DNA of 31,986 bases from Promethearchaeia archaeon (GTDB taxonomy: Archaea; Asgardarchaeota; Lokiarchaeia; Sigyniarchaeales; SOKP01). The DNA is taken from positions 1 to 31,986 of the forward strand of contig JAHQWH010000114.1 in NCBI GenBank assembly GCA_029856105.1, read 5' to 3'. The notes below the pieces were generated by a model. That model was given only the letters and a program-made list of their open reading frames with translations, had not been told where the DNA came from and did no database searches. This document shows positions 9,718-19,596 of this stretch, piece after piece. Positions within the stretch are counted from its first letter, which is position 1. Each line of letters begins with the position of its first letter. The position numbers and the translations under genes were made by a program.

Positions 9718-10521
9718 ATGTCATTTACTCTTAAGTTAGATAATAGTAGGATATTGAAGGTAATAACAGAAACGCTTTCAAGTATTATTGATGAAACTGA
9801 ATTTAAAGTTACTCCTAAGGAATTTATTATTACAGCAATGGATCCAAGTAGAATCTGTCTGTTAAAATTGTCGATAAAAAAAGAAAGTTTTGACGATTAT
9901 AATTGTAGCAAGGAATCTAAAATTGGCCTAAACTTGGACGATTTGGATAAAATACTGAAAAGAAGTGCTTCTAACGACTCTCTTGAGATTGATTTTAAAG
10001 AAACTGACCAAAAAATCAAAATCAAAATGCAACGAGAAGGAAAAAATCGTTCACGAACTTTCAGTTTAGCTCTAATAGATCTTGATAGGGAAGATATTCC
10101 TATGGATAACTTGTTAAAAATCGAGTATGCAGCTAAATGGGTCATAGATACGGATTTTCTAATAGAAGCAATAAAAGACGCTGAAATTTATTCAGAAATA
10201 CTTAATATGAAAGCTATTAAAGATGAAGGATTACTTTTTAGCTCAACTGGTCAAATCGGAGAAATGGAGTATAGTATTAGCATAGACGATTTAATTCAGA
10301 GTGATATCGAGGAAACTTCTAGTGGAGCATATAGTCTTACATTCTTGAAAGCAATTTTAAAAATGGCTCCAATAACAGAAAAATTAGATGTATCCTTAAA
10401 AACTGATCACCCTTTAAAAATGATTTTTAGTCTTTTAGAGGGAGGCGAATTAAACTATTTCCTCGCGCCTCGTGTTGAAGAAGCTGACTTTGATGACGAC
10501 GACGATATGGACGAATTTTAG
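9718..10521 (+). CDS. pcn: DNA polymerase sliding clamp PCNA
   Basis: AMDPSRICLL, IGLNLDDLDKILKR, YSLTFLK, YFLAPRVEE. Confidence 0.97.
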   Translation: MSFTLKLDNSRILKVITETLSSIIDETEFKVTPKEFIITAMDPSRICLLKLSIKKESFDDYNCSKESKIGLNLDDLDKILKRSASNDSLEIDFKETDQKIKIKMQREGKNRSRTFSLALIDLDREDIPMDNLLKIEYAAKWVIDTDFLIEAIKDAEIYSEILNMKAIKDEGLLFSSTGQIGEMEYSISIDDLIQSDIEETSSGAYSLTFLKAILKMAPITEKLDVSLKTDHPLKMIFSLLEGGELNYFLAPRVEEADFDDDDDMDEF

Positions 10522-10629
10522 CTATCAAATTTTTATCATTAAACTTATTTACTCTTAATTTATATAGCTGTTTTAATCTTAATTTATTTTAATTTACGAA
10601 TATAAAGGTTAATAGGAGAATTATAAGCC

Positions 10630-11826
10630 TTGAGCATATCAACTGATTTATTAAAACACTATCCGTGGTTGCCTTCACTACAAATTTATTATTCCGATAT
10701 AGCATCAAAAGATCCAACCGCATTCATCGAAGAGGCGTTCTTAAAATACTCCGATGGAGAATTAGAACAAAGAATTTCAAAAATATTTAAAGCAGCTTTC
10801 AATAATTTAGAGGAGATAAAAGACTACAAAGCAGACGAATTAAATATTTATTTGTATTTAATTGTTAAAATACTCCTATATGTTTTGAATAATAAACCAA
10901 TTTCTAATAGAGTAGCCAACATATATTCTAAACAAACCTATAAAGTGCTTATAGAGGATAATGAAGACGCAAATCTCTACGATATTTGTAAAGATTTAAA
11001 ATTAAAGTTTGATTATCTGGACCCTCCTGTTGAATATGGGATAAATCTTAATAAGAGTCAACGAGAAATCCTCAAAACTAGTTTTAAAATTTACTTCACA
11101 GATTACTTGAAACTTGCTGCTAACTTACACGACGAATACAGAAAATTGGTTCATAACGCCTTATCAGAAGGATATATTTATGTTCAAAAAAAAGATTTAA
11201 TTCGATTATTGCAAGAATATGTTCGTAGAAAGTTAATTGTAGAAGAAGTTAAAAATGAGAATAATATAGAAAAATTTCGAAAAAACCTCTTAAAAATCCG
11301 AGAATTTAAGGAGTTATATGGGAACATATTGAATAATTGGGAACTTAAAAAAGAAGACTTTGAATATTCGTTTAAGATCAGTTTTAAAGAAGGAAGCGAC
11401 ATTTCAAATAACTTCCCTCCGTGCATACAAGATATACTTCGTAGAATTCAAGAAGGAATGAATATAGTACATACAGAAAGATTGTTTCTTGTTTTTTTTT
11501 TACACGCTTTGAATTATCCTATAGAAAACATTATTGATATCTTTTCGAATTTGCCTGATTTTGATAGGAAAAAAACTAAATACCAAGTAGAGTTCGCTAA
11601 AAAAAAAGAATATACACCTCACTCTTGTTCTACTCTTAAATCTTTAAATATATGTAAAGCAAACGAATCTAAAGATGAAATTTGCTTGGAAGGTTATTAT
11701 TCGAAGAAATTAGATACGAAAAAAAAGCTCTCGCATCCGTTATTTTATATTCAACTAAAACAATATCGGAATTCCAATAAAAACAAGGCAAATAAAACGA
11801 AGATTGAAAAAGAAGATGAGCGATAA
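10630..11826 (+). CDS. priL: DNA primase large subunit
   Basis: YPWLP, FPPCI, HTERLFLVFFL, PDFD, YTPHSCSTL...C...C (Fe-S cysteines). Confidence 0.93.
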   Translation: MSISTDLLKHYPWLPSLQIYYSDIASKDPTAFIEEAFLKYSDGELEQRISKIFKAAFNNLEEIKDYKADELNIYLYLIVKILLYVLNNKPISNRVANIYSKQTYKVLIEDNEDANLYDICKDLKLKFDYLDPPVEYGINLNKSQREILKTSFKIYFTDYLKLAANLHDEYRKLVHNALSEGYIYVQKKDLIRLLQEYVRRKLIVEEVKNENNIEKFRKNLLKIREFKELYGNILNNWELKKEDFEYSFKISFKEGSDISNNFPPCIQDILRRIQEGMNIVHTERLFLVFFLHALNYPIENIIDIFSNLPDFDRKKTKYQVEFAKKKEYTPHSCSTLKSLNICKANESKDEICLEGYYSKKLDTKKKLSHPLFYIQLKQYRNSNKNKANKTKIEKEDER

Positions 11827-13093
11827 TAAATTTTTAAAAAGGTTATTTCAAGCTTATTATCAAGAAAAGCAAAAACAAATCCCCGCTGTAAGTTCCCTCA
11901 AATTTCGAGAGTTTGGCTTTATTCCCTGGGAAAAACAGATTATGATCAGGCATATTGGATTTGATAGTCAAAAAAACTTACTGAATTATTTAATTGATAG
12001 AGGACCTAAACATGTGTATTCAAGTGGTTCACTATATTTGCAACCTGAAGTTCCAGACATGGAAAGTAAAAAGTATCAAGGTTGCGACTTAATTATCGAT
12101 ATTGACGTAGACCACTTCTATACGCCATGTAAAGACGAACACGATTTATGGTATTGTAATAATTGTGGAGTTAAAGGAACTGGCATGATAGAAAAGTGTC
12201 CTAAATGTGAAAAATCAAAGATTACTAAAGTAACTTGGATATGTGATAAATGTTTAGATGTTGCCAAAAATGAGATTAAAAAATTAATCTACGATTTTCT
12301 AATACCCGATTTCGGAACTGACGAAAAAGATATGAGAATTGCCTTTTCTGGACATAGAGGGTATCATTTAAAAGTTGAAAGCGAAGATTTAAGAACATTA
12401 AATAGCGACGAAAGACGAGAAATTGTAGATTACCTTACTGGAGACAATATTTCTTTTGAAACTTTAGGTTTGGGAGAAAAATCTCTTATGATTCACGGAT
12501 TATCAGAAGAAAACATTGGTTGGTCTCAAAAAATTATGAAAAAAATAATTGAAGTATTAAATCAGCCTAAAAATGTAATAGAAAATATGCTTTTAGATAA
12601 AAATATGTTTGGTTTCAATCCAAATTTGGTAAACAGCTTCTTAAACTATAAAAATGATTTCTTAGAGCTCATTTCTAAAGGGGAAAGAAATGTTTGGGCT
12701 ATTGAAGGCTTTGGTTTAACTAATTGGAAAAAACTCTTAAGAGGAATTGTCAAACTAATAGGCATTGAATTAGATGAGCCCGTATCGATAGATATACATA
12801 GACTCATACGATATCCTGGATCGTTACATGGAAAAACAGGATTTAAAGTTCAAGAAATTGAATTAAATGAACTTGACGGTTTTAACCCTTTAGATGAATC
12901 TAATGAGAAATTAGATCCAATCGTTTTTCATAGTAAAAAAATCACTCAAAAGCTCGAAATTGTGGAACATGCTTTACCAATCACTAAAATCAAGGGTGAA
13001 TCGTTTGGTCCCTATGTACAAGGAGAAAAAATTGAAGTCCCTCATCATGTCGCAGTATTTTTATTATGTAAAGAAGTTGCTAAAACTATTTAA
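11804..13093 (+). CDS. priS: DNA primase small (catalytic) subunit
   Basis: REFGF, DLIIDIDVD, FSGHRGYH, DEPVSIDIHRLIRYPGSLHGKTG; start may be ATG at 11816. Confidence 0.96.
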   Translation: MKKKMSDNKFLKRLFQAYYQEKQKQIPAVSSLKFREFGFIPWEKQIMIRHIGFDSQKNLLNYLIDRGPKHVYSSGSLYLQPEVPDMESKKYQGCDLIIDIDVDHFYTPCKDEHDLWYCNNCGVKGTGMIEKCPKCEKSKITKVTWICDKCLDVAKNEIKKLIYDFLIPDFGTDEKDMRIAFSGHRGYHLKVESEDLRTLNSDERREIVDYLTGDNISFETLGLGEKSLMIHGLSEENIGWSQKIMKKIIEVLNQPKNVIENMLLDKNMFGFNPNLVNSFLNYKNDFLELISKGERNVWAIEGFGLTNWKKLLRGIVKLIGIELDEPVSIDIHRLIRYPGSLHGKTGFKVQEIELNELDGFNPLDESNEKLDPIVFHSKKITQKLEIVEHALPITKIKGESFGPYVQGEKIEVPHHVAVFLLCKEVAKTI

Positions 13094-13144
13094 GTTAAAA
13101 TATTATTAGGTAATATCCTTCATTATATAATAGATTTAAAATTT

Positions 13145-13843
13145 TTGATATTTATGAATTTAAAAGCGGATTACAAGAGGCTTTATCAACATTGGCTTAA
13201 GGAGTTTGAGCAATCAGCCTTAACACGCTTAACCCAAGAGGACTTTAATTATTTTAGTAAAACTGTAAATTATATCAAGAAATTTGAGTTAGAAGATAAA
13301 CAAAAAGTTAAAATTCAATTATTAAATTCATACAAGGAGAATTTCAATTTTTTATTTACTGATTTCTTAAAAGTTCGAGAGTTAAAATTATTAAATGCGG
13401 CTTTAACACTTCAAGAGATTGATTTTAACGATGTTATAGAAGCAGAGAAACTATTCTATCAAAATTTAATTAGCTCCATAAAAGGGTTTAAAAAGCTTAA
13501 GAAAATCTCTTTATACGACGATAGCGAGTCACTAGAATTGGAGGAAATTTTTGAAAAAGAAAATGTCATAGTTGAGTCTACACCCATAGAAAAAGTCAAA
13601 GATGACGAAAAACCGACCGTTCCTATTGATGACATTTCTGAAAAATCAAAAACAATTCAAACTAAACAATTAGTTCAATATAAATACACTCTCATTCGAT
13701 TTACCAGCCCTTCCCCTCCCTTAGTTGGAATCGATGGATTTAATTATGGACCTTTTCAGGAAGATGATATCGCTAATTTACCACACAAAAACGCGAAAAT
13801 TCTTATTTTTGAGAAATTCGCAGAAAAAATAGATATAACTTAA
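13145..13843 (+). CDS. GINS complex subunit Gins15/Gins51
   Basis: WLKE...L, KVRELKLL in the A domain; C-terminal LIRF...LVGIDGFNYGPFQEDDIANLP B domain; directly follows priS. Confidence 0.88.
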   Translation: MIFMNLKADYKRLYQHWLKEFEQSALTRLTQEDFNYFSKTVNYIKKFELEDKQKVKIQLLNSYKENFNFLFTDFLKVRELKLLNAALTLQEIDFNDVIEAEKLFYQNLISSIKGFKKLKKISLYDDSESLELEEIFEKENVIVESTPIEKVKDDEKPTVPIDDISEKSKTIQTKQLVQYKYTLIRFTSPSPPLVGIDGFNYGPFQEDDIANLPHKNAKILIFEKFAEKIDIT

Positions 13844-14031
13844 CTTTGTTCAAACCTTTTCTTAAATTCCTCTTTAAAATATATAATGCGATATTTCCCA
13901 TACTTATCGATTAAAGAAAATTTTGGTGGTTTAGGGTTAATCAATTTTCCACCGCAATATCTACATTTAGATTCTAGATTAAGCAATCCATATCTACTGC
14001 ATTCGCTACATTTTTGGAGGTATTTTACCAT
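13840..14031 (-). CDS. nop10: H/ACA RNP protein Nop10
   Basis: KCSEC...CRYCGG...PPKFSLIDKYGKYR; downstream of aIF2-alpha. Confidence 0.93.
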   Translation of the reverse strand: MVKYLQKCSECSRYGLLNLESKCRYCGGKLINPKPPKFSLIDKYGKYRIIYFKEEFKKRFEQS

Positions 14032-14061
14032 CTTTATTACAAATCTCTGTTTATTTAAGTA

Positions 14062-14886
14062 TTAATCTCGTATAAACTCAAATTTTCCGTTATTTTGTGA
14101 TGTTATGTTCTCAAGAACCTCTAGTGTATTTGATAGGATATTTTCTGCGTCTAGGTAATCTTTAGAAACTATTTCTAATCTATAAAACGGTGCTCCGATA
14201 TAAGACAAAGTTAACTTTCTCGTCTCCATTGGAGCTTCAATTACGTTCATAACTTCATTCAAAGTATCTTTATTTTTGTCTATGCCATCTCCACTTGTGT
14301 TAACAAGTTTTAATTTTCCAATTATGCTTACAGTGGAGACCTCAACATTCTCATCAACAATTTTCAAGAATGCTCGTTTGATATCTTCGGGAATGTTTTC
14401 AAGATCATCCATAATCTCTTCACCCTCTTCTTTAAGAGCTTCAACAGCTTCTTGGTAAAAATCAAACTGTTCTTTTATAGGCCAGCCAATGAGCTTGTAC
14501 GCTTCGGTCATACTTATATCGATACCCTCTGTTTCCGTTAAAAACTGTAGTAAATTTTCGTATTTATTAGCGTATTTATGTTCTTTTACTATCAAAGCTT
14601 TTTGGGCGGAATTTACGCGTCTTAAAGATAAATCAATCTGTCCTTTATCAGGAACAACTTTTACAACTCTTAATACGATTCTTTGGTTTATTCTCACTAC
14701 GCTCCTAATGTTTTTAACCCATCTACTCGAAACTTCACTAATATGTATCATTCCTCTTGCGCATTCTTCTGAAGGTAAGCCATCGTAATCAGGTAAATCT
14801 ACGTAAATATACTGGTTTTGAAGGTCAACAACACGACCCATAATAAAAGCTCCTTCTCGAGGAAATGGATGTCTATTCTTTACCAT
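14062..14886 (-). CDS. eif2a: Translation initiation factor 2 alpha subunit
   Basis: S1 domain with GMIHISEVSSRWVKNIR and KGQIDLSLRRV; C-terminal YIGAPFYR. Confidence 0.96.
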   Translation of the reverse strand: MVKNRHPFPREGAFIMGRVVDLQNQYIYVDLPDYDGLPSEECARGMIHISEVSSRWVKNIRSVVRINQRIVLRVVKVVPDKGQIDLSLRRVNSAQKALIVKEHKYANKYENLLQFLTETEGIDISMTEAYKLIGWPIKEQFDFYQEAVEALKEEGEEIMDDLENIPEDIKRAFLKIVDENVEVSTVSIIGKLKLVNTSGDGIDKNKDTLNEVMNVIEAPMETRKLTLSYIGAPFYRLEIVSKDYLDAENILSNTLEVLENITSQNNGKFEFIRD

Positions 14887-15052
14887 AATATATATCAGAT
14901 TTTTTGAATATTATTTTGATTTATACTAGTTAATTAACAAATTATGACTTTTTACTTTTATTATCTTATTCGATAAAAAAGCTTTTTTTTTTCCTTATCT
15001 TTTCAAATATATCATAAATATAATATAAAACTGTTCCTTAAGTGATCTAAAA

Positions 15053-15529
15053 ATACCTAACTGGATCGTTCATAATAAGTGGGCAAAAATGGCCGGAATA
15101 GACGAATTAATCGCGAACGTCGTCGATAGGAACATCGACTACGGGACTACTTGGGCGTTTAATTCTAATAATAACGACCCTAGCAACGACGACGAAAGCG
15201 TTATCGTCAAACAACTAAAGTTCTTTCATCAAAAAGATTTAGAAAAGAAATATAGCGATAAGAATTTGTATGTAAAAGCTTTTTTCTTACATCACCTGTT
15301 AGATTATTTTAGAGAAACTCGCTTTGATATTTACAATATTGACTTAATTTTTAATAAATTCCTACAAGAAAAAGTTAAAACTTACATAGTAAATAACAAA
15401 GGGAAAAAAATCAATTTCCAAATCGAAATTCACCAAATTTTCGATCTTTTAAAAAAAAATAAAAGAGAATTATATTCCGATCTAAGAGGGGAATACCTAA
15501 CAAGGTTAGATAATAAAAAGGAGCACTGA
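15053..15529 (+). CDS. Hypothetical protein, possible metal-binding hydrolase (PxWxxH...HHxxD); proposed ATA start upstream of ATG 15089
   Basis: Frame open back to TAA at 15026. It reads (I)PNWIVHNKWAKMAGID... and later FFLHHLLDY. AAGTGAT SD-like motif precedes ATA at 15053. Confidence 0.6.
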   Translation: MPNWIVHNKWAKMAGIDELIANVVDRNIDYGTTWAFNSNNNDPSNDDESVIVKQLKFFHQKDLEKKYSDKNLYVKAFFLHHLLDYFRETRFDIYNIDLIFNKFLQEKVKTYIVNNKGKKINFQIEIHQIFDLLKKNKRELYSDLRGEYLTRLDNKKEH

Positions 15530-15689
15530 ATTTATGACATAGTACTTTAACCAAGTGCTTCCCTCAGAAATATAACTTTAATTTATAGTAAAAAATAAAT
15601 ATTCAATATCATTAAGGTAGTTATCATTTAATCTAAAAATGTATAATTCAAAATTAATTTTTAAAAAAACATTAGGAAATTGATTAAAA

Positions 15690-17000
15690 ATGCCTACAGA
15701 TAAAAAACATTTGAATTTAGTCATAATTGGGCACATAGATCACGGTAAATCGACTTTGATGGGCGCCATGCTCATTAAAAGCGGTGCCGTTTCAGATAGA
15801 GAGGCGCGGGAACTAGAGAAATTAGCAAAAGAATTCGATAGAGAATCTTGGTCTTACGCTTACGTGTTTGACCGATTGAAAGAGGAAAGACAACGCGGTA
15901 TTACCATTGATTTAGCGTTTCGAAAGTTTGAGACAAAAACAAAATATTTTACAATAATTGACGCACCTGGACACGCAGATTTCGTAAAAAACATGATTAC
16001 GGGCGCTTCACAGGCGGACGCCGCCATCTTAGTAGTTTCTGGAAAAAAAGGTGAAATGGAAGTTGGCATTGCCGCAAACGGCCAAACTCGAGAACACGCT
16101 TATTTAGCACAGACTTTAGGTGTTAAACAATTAGTCGTTGCTGTCAATAAAGCAGATGTCTACGATTATAGCGAAGCACGTTATAACGAAGTGAAAGACG
16201 CGACCTCTGAGCTTTTGAAGAGCATTGGTTTCCCCGTCAAAAAGATTCCATTCGTTCCAGTATCGGGTATAAAAGCCGAGAATTTAACGGAGAAAACCGA
16301 CAAGCTCTCTTGGTATGACGGTCCAACCTTACTTGAGGCCATAGACGGCTTTGAAATACCTGCTAAACCTACTAACAAACCCTTAAGAATTCCTATCCAG
16401 GACGCTTATTCAATTAAGGGTACAGGAGTCGTTCCTGTTGGAAGAGTAGAAACAGGGTTATTAAAGAAAAACGATAAAATTGTAATCATGCCAACGGGCT
16501 TTCAAGGCGAAATAAGAAGCATCGAAATGCATCACGAGGAAATTCCTCAAGCAGAACCTGGTGATAATATCGGATTTAGTATTAGAGGTATTACAATGGC
16601 AGATGTGGGGCGCGGTGATGTCATGGGTCATCCGAACGATGTTCCAACGGTAGTTACACCAAAAGGGAACTGGACGGGACAGATTATTGTTATTTGGCAT
16701 CCAACAGTAATTGCTCAAGGATATACACCCGTTATTCACGCTCATACAGCTCAAGTGGCTGCTAAGTTCTCCGAACTGATTAAAAAGTTAGATCAGAAGA
16801 CTGGTGCTGTGATCGAAGACAATCCGAAATTCCTCAAGAGAAATGAAGCCGCGATCGTCAAATTACAACCGCTTAAAAAGCTTTGTATTGAAAAATACGA
16901 AGAATTCCCTGAACTTGGAAGGTTTGCGGTAAGAGATATGGGCAGAACTGCTTGTGTTGGGATTGTAAAAGACCTAGTGCCAGGGGAAGCAGAGGACTAA
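15690..17000 (+). CDS. tuf: Elongation factor 1-alpha
   Basis: GHIDHGKST, ERQRGITID, DAPGHADFVKNMITGASQAD, NKAD, LGRFAVRDMG. Confidence 0.98.
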   Translation: MPTDKKHLNLVIIGHIDHGKSTLMGAMLIKSGAVSDREARELEKLAKEFDRESWSYAYVFDRLKEERQRGITIDLAFRKFETKTKYFTIIDAPGHADFVKNMITGASQADAAILVVSGKKGEMEVGIAANGQTREHAYLAQTLGVKQLVVAVNKADVYDYSEARYNEVKDATSELLKSIGFPVKKIPFVPVSGIKAENLTEKTDKLSWYDGPTLLEAIDGFEIPAKPTNKPLRIPIQDAYSIKGTGVVPVGRVETGLLKKNDKIVIMPTGFQGEIRSIEMHHEEIPQAEPGDNIGFSIRGITMADVGRGDVMGHPNDVPTVVTPKGNWTGQIIVIWHPTVIAQGYTPVIHAHTAQVAAKFSELIKKLDQKTGAVIEDNPKFLKRNEAAIVKLQPLKKLCIEKYEEFPELGRFAVRDMGRTACVGIVKDLVPGEAED

Positions 17001-17168
17001 AGATTTAACTTTTTTTGATTTTTTATTTATATCTAATTTCATTTATTTTTTCATTTTTTTCTAATTAAACTGATTATAAGATTTCATATTATGTGAATAT
17101 TATTTTCTTTTTTGAACAATAGCTTGCCTTTTCTAATTAAGGTAATTTTTGATTAGGAAGGGTTAATT

Positions 17169-17645
17169 TTGTTTTCTACAAAGAAAAAGATCTGTTTTAT
17201 TGGAAATGGAGGTGTAGGTAAAACCTCGTTACTATCCTTATTACAAGGACGTGATATCACCCATGAAAGAATTCCTACGGTGGGATTAGAAGTTGAAGAC
17301 TCCATTTTGAGCGGTAAAAAATGCTCAATATGGGATTTAGGCGGGCAAAAAAGATTTAAGTTCATGTGGCAGGATTTCTTGAAAGGTGCTGGTTTAGCAG
17401 TTATAGTATGCGATTCGACCGAGAAAAATGTGAACCAAACTAAGGAGATATATGATAGGTTTGAACGTACTTTAGGAACCAAAATTATTGCCATCGCTAA
17501 TAAACAAGACATACCGGGTAGATTAAGTGCTCAAGAAGTCCAGAAGAAGTTAGGGGGGCTAAAGACATATGGAATGTCTGCTATCAGACCTGAATTGCGC
17601 GAAAGGATGAAAGAGATTTTAGAATATGAGATAGCTACTTTTTAA
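17169..17645 (+). CDS. Arf/Ras-superfamily small GTPase (eukaryotic signature protein)
   Basis: G1 GNGGVGKT, G2 PTVG, G3 WDLGGQ, G4 NKQD, G5 SA. Confidence 0.92.
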   Translation: MFSTKKKICFIGNGGVGKTSLLSLLQGRDITHERIPTVGLEVEDSILSGKKCSIWDLGGQKRFKFMWQDFLKGAGLAVIVCDSTEKNVNQTKEIYDRFERTLGTKIIAIANKQDIPGRLSAQEVQKKLGGLKTYGMSAIRPELRERMKEILEYEIATF

Positions 17646-17665
17646 AATATATTCTTCTGAAAGCT

Positions 17666-18226
17666 TTATAATGTATTTCCTATTATGTGGGCTAGTCGAA
17701 CTGGCTCAGGTATTTTTGAATCGATACATATTTTTTTTAGCAAGGATTCTACCTCAGAAAATTGAATCCCTTTAGAATGAAAATAAATTTTGGAGCTTCC
17801 ACCTGCCGTTTCAACAGATGTTTCATATAAATTACCAGCATTAACTATGTCTTGAAGTTTTTCTTTATAGCAGTTAGGAAAATTCTTAACAATCGCTTTT
17901 TTGACAGCTTTAAGGTCGACTTTTTTTTCGGTTATAGCTACGATTGGTTTGTTTATTCGTTTGTAAATTTCTTCTAGATCAATGATGTTAAATCCGCCAA
18001 ATGTGATTGTATCAGTTAAAATGTATTGAATATGTTTTTCGTTTCGTTTAGCGAGTTCGATCAAAACTTCTGTAGCGTCGCTTCCATCAATTGTTATTTC
18101 TTTTTTAACCATATTTACCATCCTAACACCTTGACAGACGATCCCTATTAAATCGGTAGTTTTAGAATGTGATTTGAGGTTAAATCTTGCATCGTCAAAT
18201 CCAATTGTTATTGGAAAATCCTTCAT
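17666..18226 (-). CDS. DUF99/UPF0215 family endonuclease V-like protein
   Basis: IGFDD, IDGSDAT, TITFGGFNIID, KIPEPVRLAHII. Confidence 0.9.
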   Translation of the reverse strand: MKDFPITIGFDDARFNLKSHSKTTDLIGIVCQGVRMVNMVKKEITIDGSDATEVLIELAKRNEKHIQYILTDTITFGGFNIIDLEEIYKRINKPIVAITEKKVDLKAVKKAIVKNFPNCYKEKLQDIVNAGNLYETSVETAGGSSKIYFHSKGIQFSEVESLLKKICIDSKIPEPVRLAHIIGNTL

Positions 18227-18228
18227 GC

Positions 18229-18681
18229 TTAATTCTCAGGTAAGAATTTTTTAATGTGATTTAAGAGCTTTGTGAACGCAGTTCTGGCGCTTTCTATTTC
18301 GATATGCCTTATGTATAAATCTCCTGTAAGAGAATCGGATATTAAATCTATAATTTCCTTTATCGTCATTTTTTCACTAAACCAGATGTAAGCAATAATA
18401 GCTTCAACGGTGTCTGCGAGGTCATGAGCGTTTGCTCTGCTTTTCGAAAAACTTTTCATATTTGCGTCTTTTAAAGCTTCTGCCAAAATTGTTTTGCTTA
18501 CCTTCTTACCCGTTCGAATAATTTTATTATTTTTATTATTACGAGTTAAATATATGGATTTAGCAACCGAGTAAGTAAGATTAACAATACCATCTCCGAT
18601 TTTAGCTAACCCTTTATCAGTTCCTATGGATCTTTGGGTTAGATTAAGGTTTAAATCTTTTAATAAAAAATTATATGCCAT
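18229..18681 (-). CDS. Archaeal ribonuclease III-like family protein
   Basis: DKGLAKIGDGIVNLTYSVA...LAEAL...ADTVEAIIAYIW; conserved neighbour of rpoL and DUF99. Confidence 0.82.
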   Translation of the reverse strand: MAYNFLLKDLNLNLTQRSIGTDKGLAKIGDGIVNLTYSVAKSIYLTRNNKNNKIIRTGKKVSKTILAEALKDANMKSFSKSRANAHDLADTVEAIIAYIWFSEKMTIKEIIDLISDSLTGDLYIRHIEIESARTAFTKLLNHIKKFLPEN

Positions 18682-18740
18682 TAAGAATAGATGATCAGCA
18701 ATTTCTTATAAACTTTTCATAAAACTGAAAAAAAGATTCA

Positions 18741-19253
18741 TTACATAAGTTTTTTAAATAATTTCTGGGTTTCAGCAACTTCATTTCTCAAAGAGTCTAC
18801 TCCTTTGTAAAAGATTTCTTTTAATTTGTATCCGTCTTCGAGTCTAATAAAAATCTGAGGAGGGGCTATGGCTATTTCCGTAATTTTATAAGCTGCAGCT
18901 TTAACCCCTTCGACCATTAATAAATGTTTTACTAAGATATTACAAAAACCGTGTGATTGTCCTTCAAGGGTTAGAGTATAATCGTTGTCTACTGGACCAC
19001 TTATAAGATCTAATTTTAATATTTTGTATTCTGGTAATTCTGGGGCTTGTTCTACTTCTTCTTCCAATTCTTCTTCTGATTCAACATTTTCAGGCTGCTC
19101 AAATGTTTCTGCAGAAGGTGTCTTGCCCTTTTTCACAGAATCATCTGCTACATCGGGATAATGGCTATCTATATCTTCCTTGTCAAATACATCTTCTTCA
19201 ATGTCTTCAAGATCGCTATCTTCTTCCTTTGGTCCAACTTTTTTTTTTGCCAC
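18741..19253 (-). CDS. rpoL: RNA polymerase subunit Rpo11 (L) with long acidic N-terminal extension
   Basis: C-terminal LEGQSHGFCNILVKHLLMVEGVKAAAYKI; located in the csl4 cluster. Confidence 0.85.
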   Translation of the reverse strand: MAKKKVGPKEEDSDLEDIEEDVFDKEDIDSHYPDVADDSVKKGKTPSAETFEQPENVESEEELEEEVEQAPELPEYKILKLDLISGPVDNDYTLTLEGQSHGFCNILVKHLLMVEGVKAAAYKITEIAIAPPQIFIRLEDGYKLKEIFYKGVDSLRNEVAETQKLFKKLM

Positions 19254-19345
19254 GTATATTCTACCAAAATCTGTGAATCTAATTTCTCTAATATAGAATT
19301 AAATAAATGTTTTTTGGTTTTAAAACACTAAAAAGATAAGCAATT

Positions 19346-19567
19346 TTATAAATATCGCCTAGCTAACTCTTTTAATCTTTCAGTTGCTAAATATTGGAGA
19401 TCTTTAGGGCCAAACAAAGAGATTTTTATTGAATTTTCTTCAACTGTACAATTTAGAGTAAGATAATTTATTTTTTTTTGAACTTCTTCAAGAAATTTAA
19501 TAGTGTTATTTAAATCCCCATTTGAATTATAGAAGTGTATTACTTTTCTTCCACCACGGTTACCCAA
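19346..19567 (-). CDS. Small conserved hypothetical protein between csl4 and rpoL (DUF2067-like position)
   Basis: 73-aa ORF co-oriented with csl4 and rpoL; family assignment by synteny only. Confidence 0.55.
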   Translation of the reverse strand: MGNRGGRKVIHFYNSNGDLNNTIKFLEEVQKKINYLTLNCTVEENSIKISLFGPKDLQYLATERLKELARRYL

Positions 19568-19596
19568 GAATAAAACCTTTAAAAAATAGTTCTTTT

